Assembly: GCA_947503365.1 (NCBI GenBank)
Contig: CANNDT010000007.1
Span: 18,812-82,811, forward strand
From: Acidobacteriota bacterium
Lineage (GTDB): Bacteria > Acidobacteriota > Vicinamibacteria > Vicinamibacterales > UBA2999
Direction: 5' to 3'
Length of the DNA stretch: 64,000 nt
The translations under genes were made by a program, and so were the position numbers. Shown one piece after another: positions 54,155-63,485 of the stretch. The notes under the pieces are model-generated. The model searched no databases. It saw nothing but the letters and a program-made list of their open reading frames with translations, and was not told where the DNA came from. Each line of letters starts with the position of its first letter. Positions within the stretch are counted from its first letter, which is position 1.

Positions 54155-54877
54155 ATGCAGTTGAAAACGCGGGTCTGGGGGCTGGGAAAGTTCCTGCTGC
54201 TCGCCGGCGCGCTCGCCGCGACGTTTTTCGTGTTTGCGGCGGCGGCGATGCGCGTGGCGCTTCGGGCGCGCGAGGTGCAGGTGCCGGTGCTCATCGGCCA
54301 CAGCGTGAACGAGGCGTCGCAGTCGCTTGCCACCCTGGGCCTGGCACTGCGGATCGATCCCAACCAGCGCGTGGACGACAAGGTGCCCGCCGGCCGCATC
54401 ATGCAGCAGGACCCGGCGCCCGGCGGGTCGGCGCGCCAGCAGCGCACCATTCGCGTCTGGGTCAGCTCCGGGCCGCGAGCGACCTCGGTGCCGGCCCTCG
54501 TGGGCCAGACCGAACGCACCGCGCGCATGCGCCTCGAACAGGACGGTCTCGAGGTCGGCTCGCTGACCGAGTTCCGGTCTCCTGACTACGCCGCCGACGC
54601 CGTCGTGGCTCAGGACCCTGCGCCGTCCTCGCGTGCGCCGCGCGTCTCGCTCCTGCTCAATCGCGGTGAGCAGGCGACGACCTACGTGATGCCCGACGTG
54701 ATTGGCATGAACGGCGAACGCGCAGCCGAAGCGCTCCGTACTCGCGGCTTCCGGGTGACGATTACCGGCTCGCAACCGTACGCCGGCGTCCCGCAAGGGA
54801 CCGTCGTTCGGCAGCAACCGGCCGGCGGCTTCAAGGTCGGCCCAGCCGATTCGATCTCCCTCGAGGTCAGCCGCTGA
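54155..54877 (+). CDS. Membrane-anchored PASTA-domain protein (3 PASTA, no kinase)
   Basis: TM helix; VPVLIG, VPALVG, MPDVIG repeats with Q-x-P motifs. Confidence 0.88.
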   Translation: MQLKTRVWGLGKFLLLAGALAATFFVFAAAAMRVALRAREVQVPVLIGHSVNEASQSLATLGLALRIDPNQRVDDKVPAGRIMQQDPAPGGSARQQRTIRVWVSSGPRATSVPALVGQTERTARMRLEQDGLEVGSLTEFRSPDYAADAVVAQDPAPSSRAPRVSLLLNRGEQATTYVMPDVIGMNGERAAEALRTRGFRVTITGSQPYAGVPQGTVVRQQPAGGFKVGPADSISLEVSR

Positions 54878-55548
54878 TGGTGCGCATCGCGCCGTCGATC
54901 CTCTCCGCCGACTTTGCCGCGCTCGGCCGCGACATCGCCCTTGTCGAGCGAGGCGGCGCCGATCTCATCCACGTCGACGTGATGGACGGACACTTCGTAC
55001 CCAACATCACCATTGGTCCGCCGGTCGTCCGCGCCATCAAGCGCGTCGCCACCAAGCCCCTCGACGTCCATTTGATGATCGAGGAGCCGGATCGCTACAT
55101 CGAAGACTTCGTCAACGCCGGCGCCAGCATGGTCTCCGTTCACGTCGAAGCGGTGCCGCACCTGCACCGGACGGTGCACTTCATCAAGAAGCTTGGCGCG
55201 CAGGCCGGTGTGGTGCTGAACCCGGCGACGCCCGCCGCCTCGCTCGAGGACATCGCGGGCGACCTCGACTTCGTGCTCGTGATGTCGGTCAATCCCGGAT
55301 TCAGCGGCCAGGCCTTCATCCGCCACAGCCTCGAAAAGCTCAGGGCGGTGCGCGGCGTCCTCGACCGGGCCTGGTCGTCCGCGGTGATCGAGATCGATGG
55401 GGGCATCGACCTCTCCAACGTGGGCGACGTCGTGTCGGCCGGCGCATCCATCCTCGTTGCCGGCAACGCCATCTTCGGGACACCGGATCCCGAGGGCGCC
55501 ACCCGCGCCTTGCGTGCCGCCGCAGTGGGCTCCCCGACCCGGGCATGA
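54877..55548 (+). CDS. rpe: Ribulose-phosphate 3-epimerase
   Basis: IAPSILSADF, HVDVMDGHFVPN, DVHLM, MSVNPGF, DGG. Confidence 0.97.
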   Translation: MVRIAPSILSADFAALGRDIALVERGGADLIHVDVMDGHFVPNITIGPPVVRAIKRVATKPLDVHLMIEEPDRYIEDFVNAGASMVSVHVEAVPHLHRTVHFIKKLGAQAGVVLNPATPAASLEDIAGDLDFVLVMSVNPGFSGQAFIRHSLEKLRAVRGVLDRAWSSAVIEIDGGIDLSNVGDVVSAGASILVAGNAIFGTPDPEGATRALRAAAVGSPTRA

Positions 55549-55961
55549 GCGATTCATCTGCGAGCGCCACAATCCGCCGGACGCGGGTGCGGGTGCGGTA
55601 TGCCGAAACCGACCGCATGGGCGTCGTGTACTACGCCAACTACCTGGTGTGGTTTGAAGTGGGCCGTACCGAGTGGCTCCGCACCACCGGATGGAGCTAC
55701 CGGGAAATGGAACAGGACGGCATCGCATTGCCGGTGATCGACGTGCGCTGCGAATACCTTCAGCCAGCGCGGTATGACGATGAGATCGAGATTCGGACGC
55801 GCGCGTCGATCCTGACGCCCATCCGCATCCGCTTCGACTACGACGTCGTTCGCATCAGCGACGAGGTCGTCGCGGCGACCGGTCACACCGTGCACGCCGC
55901 GCTCGACCCGAACGGACGCCCCTGCCGCCTCCCGGCGCGCGTGCGAGAGATGCTCGCATGA
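55545..55961 (+). CDS. Acyl-CoA thioesterase (YbgC/FadM family)
   Basis: VRYAETDRMGVVYYANY. Confidence 0.9.
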   Translation: MSDSSASATIRRTRVRVRYAETDRMGVVYYANYLVWFEVGRTEWLRTTGWSYREMEQDGIALPVIDVRCEYLQPARYDDEIEIRTRASILTPIRIRFDYDVVRISDEVVAATGHTVHAALDPNGRPCRLPARVREMLA

Positions 55962-56902
55962 AGGCGCTCGTCACCGGCGCCGCCGGATTCATCGGATCGA
56001 CGCTCTCCGAGCGGCTCATCGCGGATGGCGCCACGGTGACCGGCCTCGACTGCTTCACCGATTACTACCCGCGGGAGCGCAAGGAGCACAACCTGGCCCG
56101 CCTCCGGCAGTCACCCGGCTTCACCCTGGTCGAGGCCGCCATTGCCGATGCCGACCTGCCGGCGCTCCTCGAGGGGGTCACGCACGTATTTCACCTGGCG
56201 GCCCAGGCGGGGGTGCGGAAAAGCTGGGGACGCGATTTTCGCGTCTATACAGTCAATAACGTGGAGGCGACCCAGATCCTGCTCGAGGCGTGCGTCGGGC
56301 GCCGCCTCAAGAGCCTGGTCTATGCGTCCAGCTCCTCGGTCTACGGCGACAACGTCGCGCTGCCGATGACCGAAGACGCCCTGCCCCAGCCGGTGTCGCC
56401 CTACGGGGTCACCAAGCTGTCAGCCGAGCAGTTGTGCTACCTGTACCACGTGAATTACGCCGTGCCGGCTGTATCGGTACGCTATTTCACGGTCTACGGG
56501 CCGCGGCAGCGCCCGGACATGGGGTTTCACAAGTTCTTTCTCGCCGCCATGCGGGGCGAGCCGGTGCCGCAATTCGGCGATGGACGCCAGACCAGGGACT
56601 TCACCTTCGTGGCCGATGCCGTCTCGGCGACCGTGGCGGCTGCGACGCGCGGAACACCTGGGGGTGTCTACAATATTGGTGGCGGGTCGCGGGTGGAGCT
56701 GCTCGACGTCTTCAAGCTCATCCACCAGGTCACGGATCGCCCGCTGCGCATCAACCGGATCGACGCCCAGCCCGGCGACATGCGCGACACCTACGCCGAT
56801 ACGACCCGTGCACGCGCGGACCTCGGGTTCGCGCCAACCGTGTCGCTCGAGCATGGGCTTCGAGCGCAGTTCGAGTGGATGACCGAGGCCGGCCTCTTCT
56901 GA
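55958..56902 (+). CDS. NAD-dependent nucleotide-sugar epimerase/dehydratase
   Basis: TGAAGFIG, HLAAQAGVR, ASSSSVYG, YGVTK, RPDM. Confidence 0.93.
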   Translation: MKALVTGAAGFIGSTLSERLIADGATVTGLDCFTDYYPRERKEHNLARLRQSPGFTLVEAAIADADLPALLEGVTHVFHLAAQAGVRKSWGRDFRVYTVNNVEATQILLEACVGRRLKSLVYASSSSVYGDNVALPMTEDALPQPVSPYGVTKLSAEQLCYLYHVNYAVPAVSVRYFTVYGPRQRPDMGFHKFFLAAMRGEPVPQFGDGRQTRDFTFVADAVSATVAAATRGTPGGVYNIGGGSRVELLDVFKLIHQVTDRPLRINRIDAQPGDMRDTYADTTRARADLGFAPTVSLEHGLRAQFEWMTEAGLF

Positions 56903-56911
56903 TTGGTATTG

Positions 56912-57718
56912 ATGACTGAACGTGTGTCTTCCGTCGCTCGCGCGTCGCGCGCCCCTCGCATGCTGGCGCTGCTGGTGCTCCTCGTCGCGGCCGGCGGCTG
57001 CGGCAACAAGCAGCTCGGACCGCCCGCGGGCGCGGCCCAGCCCGATCGCTTCCTGTTTGACCGCGCCAATGAAGCGATCGTGAAGGAACAGTGGCTGAAC
57101 GCCCGCACCTACTTCATGCAGATCGTCGACAACTATCCGCAGAGCCCCTTCCGCCCCGACGCGAAGCTCGGGATGGGCGATTCGTACCTGGGGGAAGGGT
57201 CGGCGGAATCGTCGGTGCTGGCGGCCAATGAGTTCCGCGAATTTCTGACGTTCTACCCGACCAACGCCCGCGCCGACTACGCCCAGTACAAGCTCGCAAT
57301 GAGTCACTTCCGGCAGATGCGTGCGCCGGAGCGCGATCAGACCGAAACCCGCGAGGCGCTCAGGGAATTCGATACGTTCTTCCAGCGCTACCCGGATAGC
57401 GCGCTGACGTCGGAAGTGAAGCAGAACTGGCGCATCACGCGCGATCGTCTGAGCGATGCGTCCTACCGCGTGGGTCTCACCTACTACCGCGCCCGCTGGT
57501 ACCCGGGCGCGATCAGCCGCTTCCGCGAGGTCCTCGCGGAAGACCCCGGGTTCACCGGCCGGGACGGCGTGTACTTCTATCTGGCGGAGTCGCTGGCCAA
57601 GTCCGATAAGACGGTTGCCGAAGCCATTCCGTACTTCGCGCGCCTGATTGCAGAATTCGATCAGAGCGAGTTTCTCGAAGAAGCGAAGAAACGGCTCGAA
57701 ATACTGAAGACTCAGTAA
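56912..57718 (+). CDS. bamD: Outer membrane protein assembly factor BamD
   Basis: Lipobox AGGC, TPR helices, ERDQT, YPDS. Confidence 0.88.
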   Translation: MTERVSSVARASRAPRMLALLVLLVAAGGCGNKQLGPPAGAAQPDRFLFDRANEAIVKEQWLNARTYFMQIVDNYPQSPFRPDAKLGMGDSYLGEGSAESSVLAANEFREFLTFYPTNARADYAQYKLAMSHFRQMRAPERDQTETREALREFDTFFQRYPDSALTSEVKQNWRITRDRLSDASYRVGLTYYRARWYPGAISRFREVLAEDPGFTGRDGVYFYLAESLAKSDKTVAEAIPYFARLIAEFDQSEFLEEAKKRLEILKTQ

Positions 57719-57756
57719 CTTAGCTGGGTCTGGCAGACGATCGGGGCCAGACAGAT

Positions 57757-58521
57757 ATGAGATCCAGATACACGATTTCCGTGATCGCTGCGGCGGTGCT
57801 CACTGCGACGACCGTGGGCGCCCAGCGCGGCCCCGCTCCTGCCGGGAGCCATCTGCCGGCCGACGTCCTCGCCCTGGCCTGCGCGCCGAGCATGGTGTTC
57901 GAGCAGCCCCCCACCCCGCTTCGCATCACCGGCGGGCAGGACGCCTCCGCCCGGCTGACATTTGCGCCTGGCGACCTCCTGACCATCAATGCCGGCAGCG
58001 ACAACGGCATCGAGGTCGGGCAGGAGTACTACGTTCGGCGTGTGCAGGCCGCCGAGCGGCGCCCCGTGACCCGCGCCAACGCCGCCACCATTCGCACCGC
58101 CGGGTGGATCAGGATTTACGCCATCGACAAGGAAATGTCCCTGGCGACCGTCGTCCATGCCTGCGACACGATCAACGTGGACGACTTCCTCGAGCCGTTC
58201 GCGCTGCCCCAGGTCCCGGTGGCCGCCGACACCGGCGGCATCAAGGCGCAACGCGGCAACTACGGCAAGATCGTACTCGGCACCGATCGGCGCCGGAGCT
58301 TTGCCAAGGGTGACTTCTTCATCGCCAATCGCGGCAGCGATCACGGCGTGACGCTCGGCGCACGGTTCGTGATCTATCGCGATAAGCGAGTGGCCGAGAA
58401 CTTCCTGTATGAGCTTGGCGAGGCCGTCGCCGTGGACGTGAAGCCCGAAACCTCAACCCTGCAGGTCACGCTCTCCCGCGACGCCTTCCTCGCGGGCGAT
58501 TACGTGGCGATCCGGAAATAG
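57757..58521 (+). CDS. Exported hypothetical protein with duplicated beta domains (FlgT C-terminal-like)
   Basis: Signal peptide; repeated INAGSDNGIEVG / ANRGSDHGVTLG motifs. Confidence 0.7.
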   Translation: MRSRYTISVIAAAVLTATTVGAQRGPAPAGSHLPADVLALACAPSMVFEQPPTPLRITGGQDASARLTFAPGDLLTINAGSDNGIEVGQEYYVRRVQAAERRPVTRANAATIRTAGWIRIYAIDKEMSLATVVHACDTINVDDFLEPFALPQVPVAADTGGIKAQRGNYGKIVLGTDRRRSFAKGDFFIANRGSDHGVTLGARFVIYRDKRVAENFLYELGEAVAVDVKPETSTLQVTLSRDAFLAGDYVAIRK

Positions 58522-58670
58522 GCCACGACGCACACGAAGAACTAAGCCACGAAGAACACGAAGAACACGAAGATCTTTTACTTCGTGATCTTCGTGACCT
58601 TCGTGGCCAAACTCGTGATCTTCGTGGCTTTTTTCGTGACCTTCGTGGCTAATTTCGTGGACTTCGCGGC
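58521..58670. repeat. CACGAAG/CTTCGTG ~9-bp tandem inverted element, copy C
   Basis: Fills the whole gap between two convergent stop codons; about 5 CACGAAG-like units then about 9 (C)TTCGTG-like units. Confidence 0.92.
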
Positions 58671-59267
58671 TTAGCTGACTTTCCGGGCGCGGACGATGTT
58701 GACGTCTGTCACGCGGGCGTTCAGCAGCTGCTGGAATCGACGGTAGTAATCGATCGCCGACCAGATCGCCGTGATCATCACTACCCACAGCGCGACGTAT
58801 CCCATCGGCGCCAGCCACGGCAGCGAACGCCATCCCAGAATCAGCAACAGGATCGCGGTCACCTGCGATGCCATCTTGATCTTGCCCAGTTGCGAGGCGG
58901 GCATCGTGATGCCCTTGGTGTAGGCCAGGCTCCGGAGGCCCGTAATCGCGAATTCCCGGCCGATAATCAGCGCCACCATCCAGGCCGGGGCCAGGTCCAG
59001 CTGCACCAGGGAGATGAACGCCGCCGACGTCAACAGCTTGTCGGCGATGGGATCGAGGACCTGCCCCAGCCAGGTGACCTGCCGGCGCCGCCGGGCCAGG
59101 TAACCGTCCAGCCAGTCGGTCAGGGAGGCCAGGCCGAAAATGCCGGCGCCCACCAGCTCCTTGGGCATGCCCAGGATGAGGTGTCCTTCGAACTCGGTCA
59201 GCAGCACCACCACGAGCAGCGGCACGAGAAACATCCGCACGAGCGTGAGGGTGTTCGGGAGATTCAT
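58671..59267 (-). CDS. pgsA: CDP-diacylglycerol--glycerol-3-phosphate 3-phosphatidyltransferase
   Basis: MNLPNTLT, DWLDGYLAR...G-x-x-LDPIADK, GKIK. Confidence 0.94.
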   Translation of the reverse strand: MNLPNTLTLVRMFLVPLLVVVLLTEFEGHLILGMPKELVGAGIFGLASLTDWLDGYLARRRRQVTWLGQVLDPIADKLLTSAAFISLVQLDLAPAWMVALIIGREFAITGLRSLAYTKGITMPASQLGKIKMASQVTAILLLILGWRSLPWLAPMGYVALWVVMITAIWSAIDYYRRFQQLLNARVTDVNIVRARKVS

Positions 59268-59277
59268 CTGGATGGCA

Positions 59278-59300
59278 GGCATTCTACCATCTGCTAGAAT
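59278..59300. promoter_or_regulatory. Back-to-back extended -10 promoters for pgsA and the nucleotidyltransferase
   Basis: TGCTAGAAT on + (59292-59300) and TGGTAGAAT on - (59289-59281). Confidence 0.55.
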
Positions 59301-59311
59301 CGTGGTTTGCT

Positions 59312-60370
59312 ATGAAGGCGATCCTTCTGGCAGGGGGGAAAGGCAGTCGGTTACGCCCCCTGACCATACACACACCGAAGCCGATTGTTCCGATCTTCAA
59401 CCGGCCGTTTCTCCATTACCAGATCGATCTCCTGAAGCAGGTGCCGGAGATCGATGAGGTGATCCTCAGCCTGAATTACCAGCCCCGCCGAATCGAGGAA
59501 ATCTTCGGCGACGGCGCCGATCTGGGCATCAAGATCCGCTACGTCGTCGAACCGGCGCCCCTCGGCACGGGCGGCGCGGTCAAGTATGCCGGCGACAAGC
59601 TCACCGAGTCGGTGGTGGTCTTCAACGGCGACGTCCTCACCGAAATCGACCTCGGCGCCGTCATCCGCCTTCACCGCGAGCGCCGAGCCCGTGCCACCAT
59701 TGTCCTCACGCCGGTCGACAACCCGAGCGCCTACGGCCTGGTGGAGACCGACGCGGACAGCAATATCAAGCGCTTCCTCGAGAAGCCGAAGCCGGAAGAG
59801 ATCACCACGAACAACATCAACGCCGGCATCTACATCCTCGAGCCGGACACCTTCGACCGCATCCCGAGCGATGTCGCCTGGTCGATCGAGCGGAGCTACT
59901 TCCCGTCGCTGATCGAGCGCAACGAGACCTTCGTCGCCTACGTCTACAACGGCTACTGGATCGACATCGGCACGCCCGAGAAATACACGCAGGTACACCG
60001 CGACATCATGGATGGACGCTTTGGCGCGCTGCCCTTCCGCGACATGGCCGCGCCGCGGATCTGCATCGCCGATGATGCCCGCGTGGAAGAAGGGGCGATG
60101 ATCGAAGGCCCCTGCTTCATCGACGGAGGCGTGCTCGTCAAGACGGGCGCCCGCATCGGACCGTATTCGGTGATCGGCCGGCAGACGCAGGTAGACGAGG
60201 CAGCCAATATTGACGGGGCGATCATCTGGCCCAACTGCCGCATCAGCCGCGACGCCGTGGTCCGTAACGCGATCATCGGACGCAACTGCCACCTTGGACG
60301 CAACGTGACCGTCGAGGACAACGCGGTGCTCGGCGACAAGACGACCCTGACGGATTACACCCGCGCATGA
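59312..60370 (+). CDS. Sugar-phosphate nucleotidyltransferase (mannose-1-phosphate guanylyltransferase-like) with hexapeptide repeats
   Basis: LAGGKGSRLRPLT, NGD, FLEKP, WIDIGT. Confidence 0.92.
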   Translation: MKAILLAGGKGSRLRPLTIHTPKPIVPIFNRPFLHYQIDLLKQVPEIDEVILSLNYQPRRIEEIFGDGADLGIKIRYVVEPAPLGTGGAVKYAGDKLTESVVVFNGDVLTEIDLGAVIRLHRERRARATIVLTPVDNPSAYGLVETDADSNIKRFLEKPKPEEITTNNINAGIYILEPDTFDRIPSDVAWSIERSYFPSLIERNETFVAYVYNGYWIDIGTPEKYTQVHRDIMDGRFGALPFRDMAAPRICIADDARVEEGAMIEGPCFIDGGVLVKTGARIGPYSVIGRQTQVDEAANIDGAIIWPNCRISRDAVVRNAIIGRNCHLGRNVTVEDNAVLGDKTTLTDYTRA

Positions 60371-61722
60371 AAATAGACCCATCGATCTTCAAGGCGTACG
60401 ACATTCGCGGCCTCTACCCGGGCGAGATCAACGAGGAGGTGGCGCGGCAGATCGGGCGCGGATTTGTCGCCTACCTGAAGCCCACGCAGATCGCCGTCTC
60501 GCGCGACATGCGCGTGTCGTCACCCTCGATCGCCGCGGCGTTCATCGACGGTGCCCGCGAACAGGGCGCCAACGTCGTCGACTACGGCATGATGGCCACC
60601 GACATGCTCTACTTCGCCGTCGTCAAAGACTCGATGGATGGCGGCGCGCAGATCACGGCATCGCACAATCCTGGCCGCTACAACGGCATCAAGATGGTGC
60701 GCCAGGGTGCATCGCCGCTCAGCGGAGATGCCGGAATCGGCGATATCAGAGAGATGATCGCCAACGATCGCATTCCCCCTCCCGCGGGCACGCCCGGGTC
60801 GCTGACCACGCGCAACGTGCTGCCGGAATACGTCGAGAAGGTGATGTCCTTTATCGACCCGGCGGTGATCAAGCCGTTCACGGTCGTGCTCGACGCCGGC
60901 AGCGGCATGGGCGGCCTGGTTGCGCCTGCCTTGTTCGATCGCCTGCCGTGCAAGACGACGAGGCTGTGCTTCACGATCGACGGCACGTTTCCGAACCACG
61001 AGGCGAACCCGCTCATCGAAGAGAACCGCCGCGACATCACCGATGAAGTCATCCGCCAGAAGGCCGACATCGGCATTGCCTGGGACGGAGACGCCGACCG
61101 CTGCTTCTTCATCGACAGCACCGGCGAGTTCATCTCCGGCGACATGGTGACGGCGCTGCTCGCGGAAGCGTTCCTGCTGAAGCAGCCGGGCGCCACGGTC
61201 ATCTACGACCTGCGCGCCAGCCATGCCGTGAAGGATACGGTCGCGGCGCACGGCGGGAAAGCGTTAATGAACCGGGTCGGCCACGCGTTCATCAAGAAGA
61301 GGATGCGCGACGAGGACGCCATCTTCGGCGGCGAGGTCACGGGGCACTACTACTTCCGCGACTTCTACTACGCCGACAACGGCTTCATCCCGGCGCTGCT
61401 GATGCTGGAGCTGATGTCGAAGAAGAACAAGTCGCTCCACGAGCTGCTGGCGCCGTACCGTGAACGGTATTTCATCTCGGGCGAGATCAACACGACCGTC
61501 AAGAGCATGAACGAGATTCCCCAGAAGCTCGCCGCGATCGAAGCGCGCTACAAGGACGCCACGATCGCCAGGATGGACGGCATCTCGGTGGACTATCCCG
61601 ACTGGCACTTCAACGTGCGGGCGTCCAACACCGAGCCGCTGATCCGTCTCAATCTCGAAGCGGCCTCCCCTGCCATGATGGAACAGAAGCGCGAGGAGGT
61701 CCTTTCCATCATCCGAAGGTGA
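60367..61722 (+). CDS. manB: Phosphomannomutase/phosphoglucomutase
   Basis: FKAYDIRG, TASHNP, DGDADR, GEVTGH, RASNTEP. Confidence 0.94.
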   Translation: MKIDPSIFKAYDIRGLYPGEINEEVARQIGRGFVAYLKPTQIAVSRDMRVSSPSIAAAFIDGAREQGANVVDYGMMATDMLYFAVVKDSMDGGAQITASHNPGRYNGIKMVRQGASPLSGDAGIGDIREMIANDRIPPPAGTPGSLTTRNVLPEYVEKVMSFIDPAVIKPFTVVLDAGSGMGGLVAPALFDRLPCKTTRLCFTIDGTFPNHEANPLIEENRRDITDEVIRQKADIGIAWDGDADRCFFIDSTGEFISGDMVTALLAEAFLLKQPGATVIYDLRASHAVKDTVAAHGGKALMNRVGHAFIKKRMRDEDAIFGGEVTGHYYFRDFYYADNGFIPALLMLELMSKKNKSLHELLAPYRERYFISGEINTTVKSMNEIPQKLAAIEARYKDATIARMDGISVDYPDWHFNVRASNTEPLIRLNLEAASPAMMEQKREEVLSIIRR

Positions 61723-61735
61723 GAGATAGAATTAC

Positions 61736-61761
61736 GTAGGCCGGGTCCTTTGGGACCCGGC
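61736..61761 (+). repeat. GTAG-type REP-like hairpin (intergenic copy)
   Basis: GTAG-GCCGGGTCC-TTTG-GGACCCGGC, the same unit as 45340-45364. Confidence 0.85.
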
Positions 61762-61772
61762 ACTGGCAAGAC

Positions 61773-61846
61773 GCGGGCATCTTCTAGTGGCAAGAAAGAG
61801 GCTTCCCAAGCCTAGAACGCGGGTTCGATTCCCGCTGCCCGCTCCA
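61773..61846 (+). tRNA. tRNA-Gly (CCC)
   Basis: Acceptor stem GCGGGCA/TGCCCGC, anticodon loop TTCCCAA, T-arm GCGGG-TTCGATT-CCCGC, U discriminator and encoded CCA; 74 nt. Confidence 0.93.
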
Positions 61847-61857
61847 CCTTCTAATCG

Positions 61858-62568
61858 CTAACGGATCGATATTCCGGCCGACGCCGTCACGACGCGCGTT
61901 CTCGGCGTCCCGAGGACCTCGCCCTGGGCCTTTCCCGGTGACAGCAGGTGGAACCGGAGATCGAAGGTGAACGCCAGGTGATCTGACGTAAACCAGCGCG
62001 CCCCTCCCCCGAAATTCTGGCTCGTCACCTGGCCGCTCTCGAGGCGTGCCGCAACTCCCTTGTCGAACGCCGATCGCTCGCTGATGACCTGAGCCCGTCC
62101 GAGACCCGCGCTGATATAGCTCCACCCGGTGGAGGTGCCGAAGTTGAGGGACACCTGCGGCGCGACGGTCGTGATCGACACCTTCATGTCGGGCGTTGTC
62201 TGCGTCGTCGTCGATATGGAGGTCGGCGTCGACCCGCTCGTCACCGGTGCGGACGGTTTGGCGGTGCCGCGAAGGCGGAAGAGGTCGGCGCCAAGCCCCA
62301 CCCGAGCAGGGCCAAGCCGGAACAGATAGACGTGACCGCCGACATCCAGCCCGAACCCGCGCGACGGGATGCGTGTGCCGGTCGGCACCGCCGGATAGAA
62401 CCTGGCGGCATTGGGCGCGCCCGCCGTGGAGCCGCGAACGTCGATGACGTAGGGCCCAGGGGGCCCGGGGCCTGGTATTGGCACCGGCGCGGGAGCCGTC
62501 TGGGCGGCGGCAGGCGCAGCGACAGTTCCGGTGAGGATCAGGGCAAGAACCGCCGCGCGGACGATCAC
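61858..62568 (-). CDS. Putative outer-membrane beta-barrel protein
   Basis: Signal peptide, alternating beta-strand pattern (NFGGGARWF, FTFDLRF), C-terminal strand ASAGISIR. Confidence 0.7.
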   Translation of the reverse strand: MIVRAAVLALILTGTVAAPAAAQTAPAPVPIPGPGPPGPYVIDVRGSTAGAPNAARFYPAVPTGTRIPSRGFGLDVGGHVYLFRLGPARVGLGADLFRLRGTAKPSAPVTSGSTPTSISTTTQTTPDMKVSITTVAPQVSLNFGTSTGWSYISAGLGRAQVISERSAFDKGVAARLESGQVTSQNFGGGARWFTSDHLAFTFDLRFHLLSPGKAQGEVLGTPRTRVVTASAGISIR

Positions 62569-62593
62569 GTCGTTGCTTTCGCCTTCTCAGTCA

Positions 62594-63469
62594 TCAGTAG
62601 CCCTTCGCCCCAGCCGTCGGCTGCTGACCACGCGATTCCTGGACGATGCGCACGCCGGCGCTCGCGCCGATGCGCGTGGCCCCGGCGGCCACCATCGCCT
62701 TGAGTCCCTCGAGATCGCGAACGCCGCCGGCCGCCTTGACGCCCATCTCTTCACCAACGACGCGCCGCATCAGCGCGACATCGGCGGCCGTGGCCCCGCC
62801 GGAGGCAAAGCCGGTCGAGGTCTTCACGAAATCCGCCGCGGCCGCCTTGGCCAGCGTGCACGCCGTCACCTTCTCCTCGTCGGTCAGGAGCGCGGCCTCG
62901 ATGATCACCTTGCTGACCACGCCCGCCTCGCGACACGGCGTCGTCACCGCCTCGATATCGCGCTCGACGAGCCGAAGATCGCCAGACTTGAGCGCCCCGA
63001 CATTGATCACCATGTCGACCTCGCGGGCGCCGTCGAAGATCACGCGGCGCGTCTCGTAGTGCTTGGTGTCGGGAGTCGTCGCGCCGAGCGGAAAGCCGAC
63101 GACCGAGCACACCTTGACGCCCGAGTCGCGGAGCAACTGGGCACAGAGCGCCACCCAGGTCGGATTCACGCAGACGCTGGCGAACTTGTATTCCGCCGCT
63201 TCCCTGCAGAGCGTCTCGATCTCTTTCCTCGTCGCGTCAGGCTTGAGCAGCGTGTGGTCGATCATCGTCGACACGCCGCTGGTCGTCCCGCCGCCGGCAT
63301 ACAAGCCGATCCGCGTGGCGCCCGCGTCGAGAATGCCGCGGAGCCGATCGGGGCAGCACTCGTACAACACGGAGTGACACGCGCATCTCGACGGCGCCGG
63401 CGCGTGCGAGGCGGCGGCGATCTCCTCGACGATGATCTGGATGAGGCGGTGGATGTCTGGAGGCTGCAT
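62594..63469 (-). CDS. deoC: Deoxyribose-phosphate aldolase with ~70-aa N-terminal extension
   Basis: [40 protein letters not shown]. Confidence 0.95.
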   Translation of the reverse strand: MQPPDIHRLIQIIVEEIAAASHAPAPSRCACHSVLYECCPDRLRGILDAGATRIGLYAGGGTTSGVSTMIDHTLLKPDATRKEIETLCREAAEYKFASVCVNPTWVALCAQLLRDSGVKVCSVVGFPLGATTPDTKHYETRRVIFDGAREVDMVINVGALKSGDLRLVERDIEAVTTPCREAGVVSKVIIEAALLTDEEKVTACTLAKAAAADFVKTSTGFASGGATAADVALMRRVVGEEMGVKAAGGVRDLEGLKAMVAAGATRIGASAGVRIVQESRGQQPTAGAKGY

Positions 63470-63485
63470 CAGGGTTGAGCGGGCA

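Noticed and set aside
61847-62593. Integrative element at the tRNA-Gly 3' end
   Set aside because: No integrase, no duplicated tRNA 3' end seen in the window and no obvious compositional shift.
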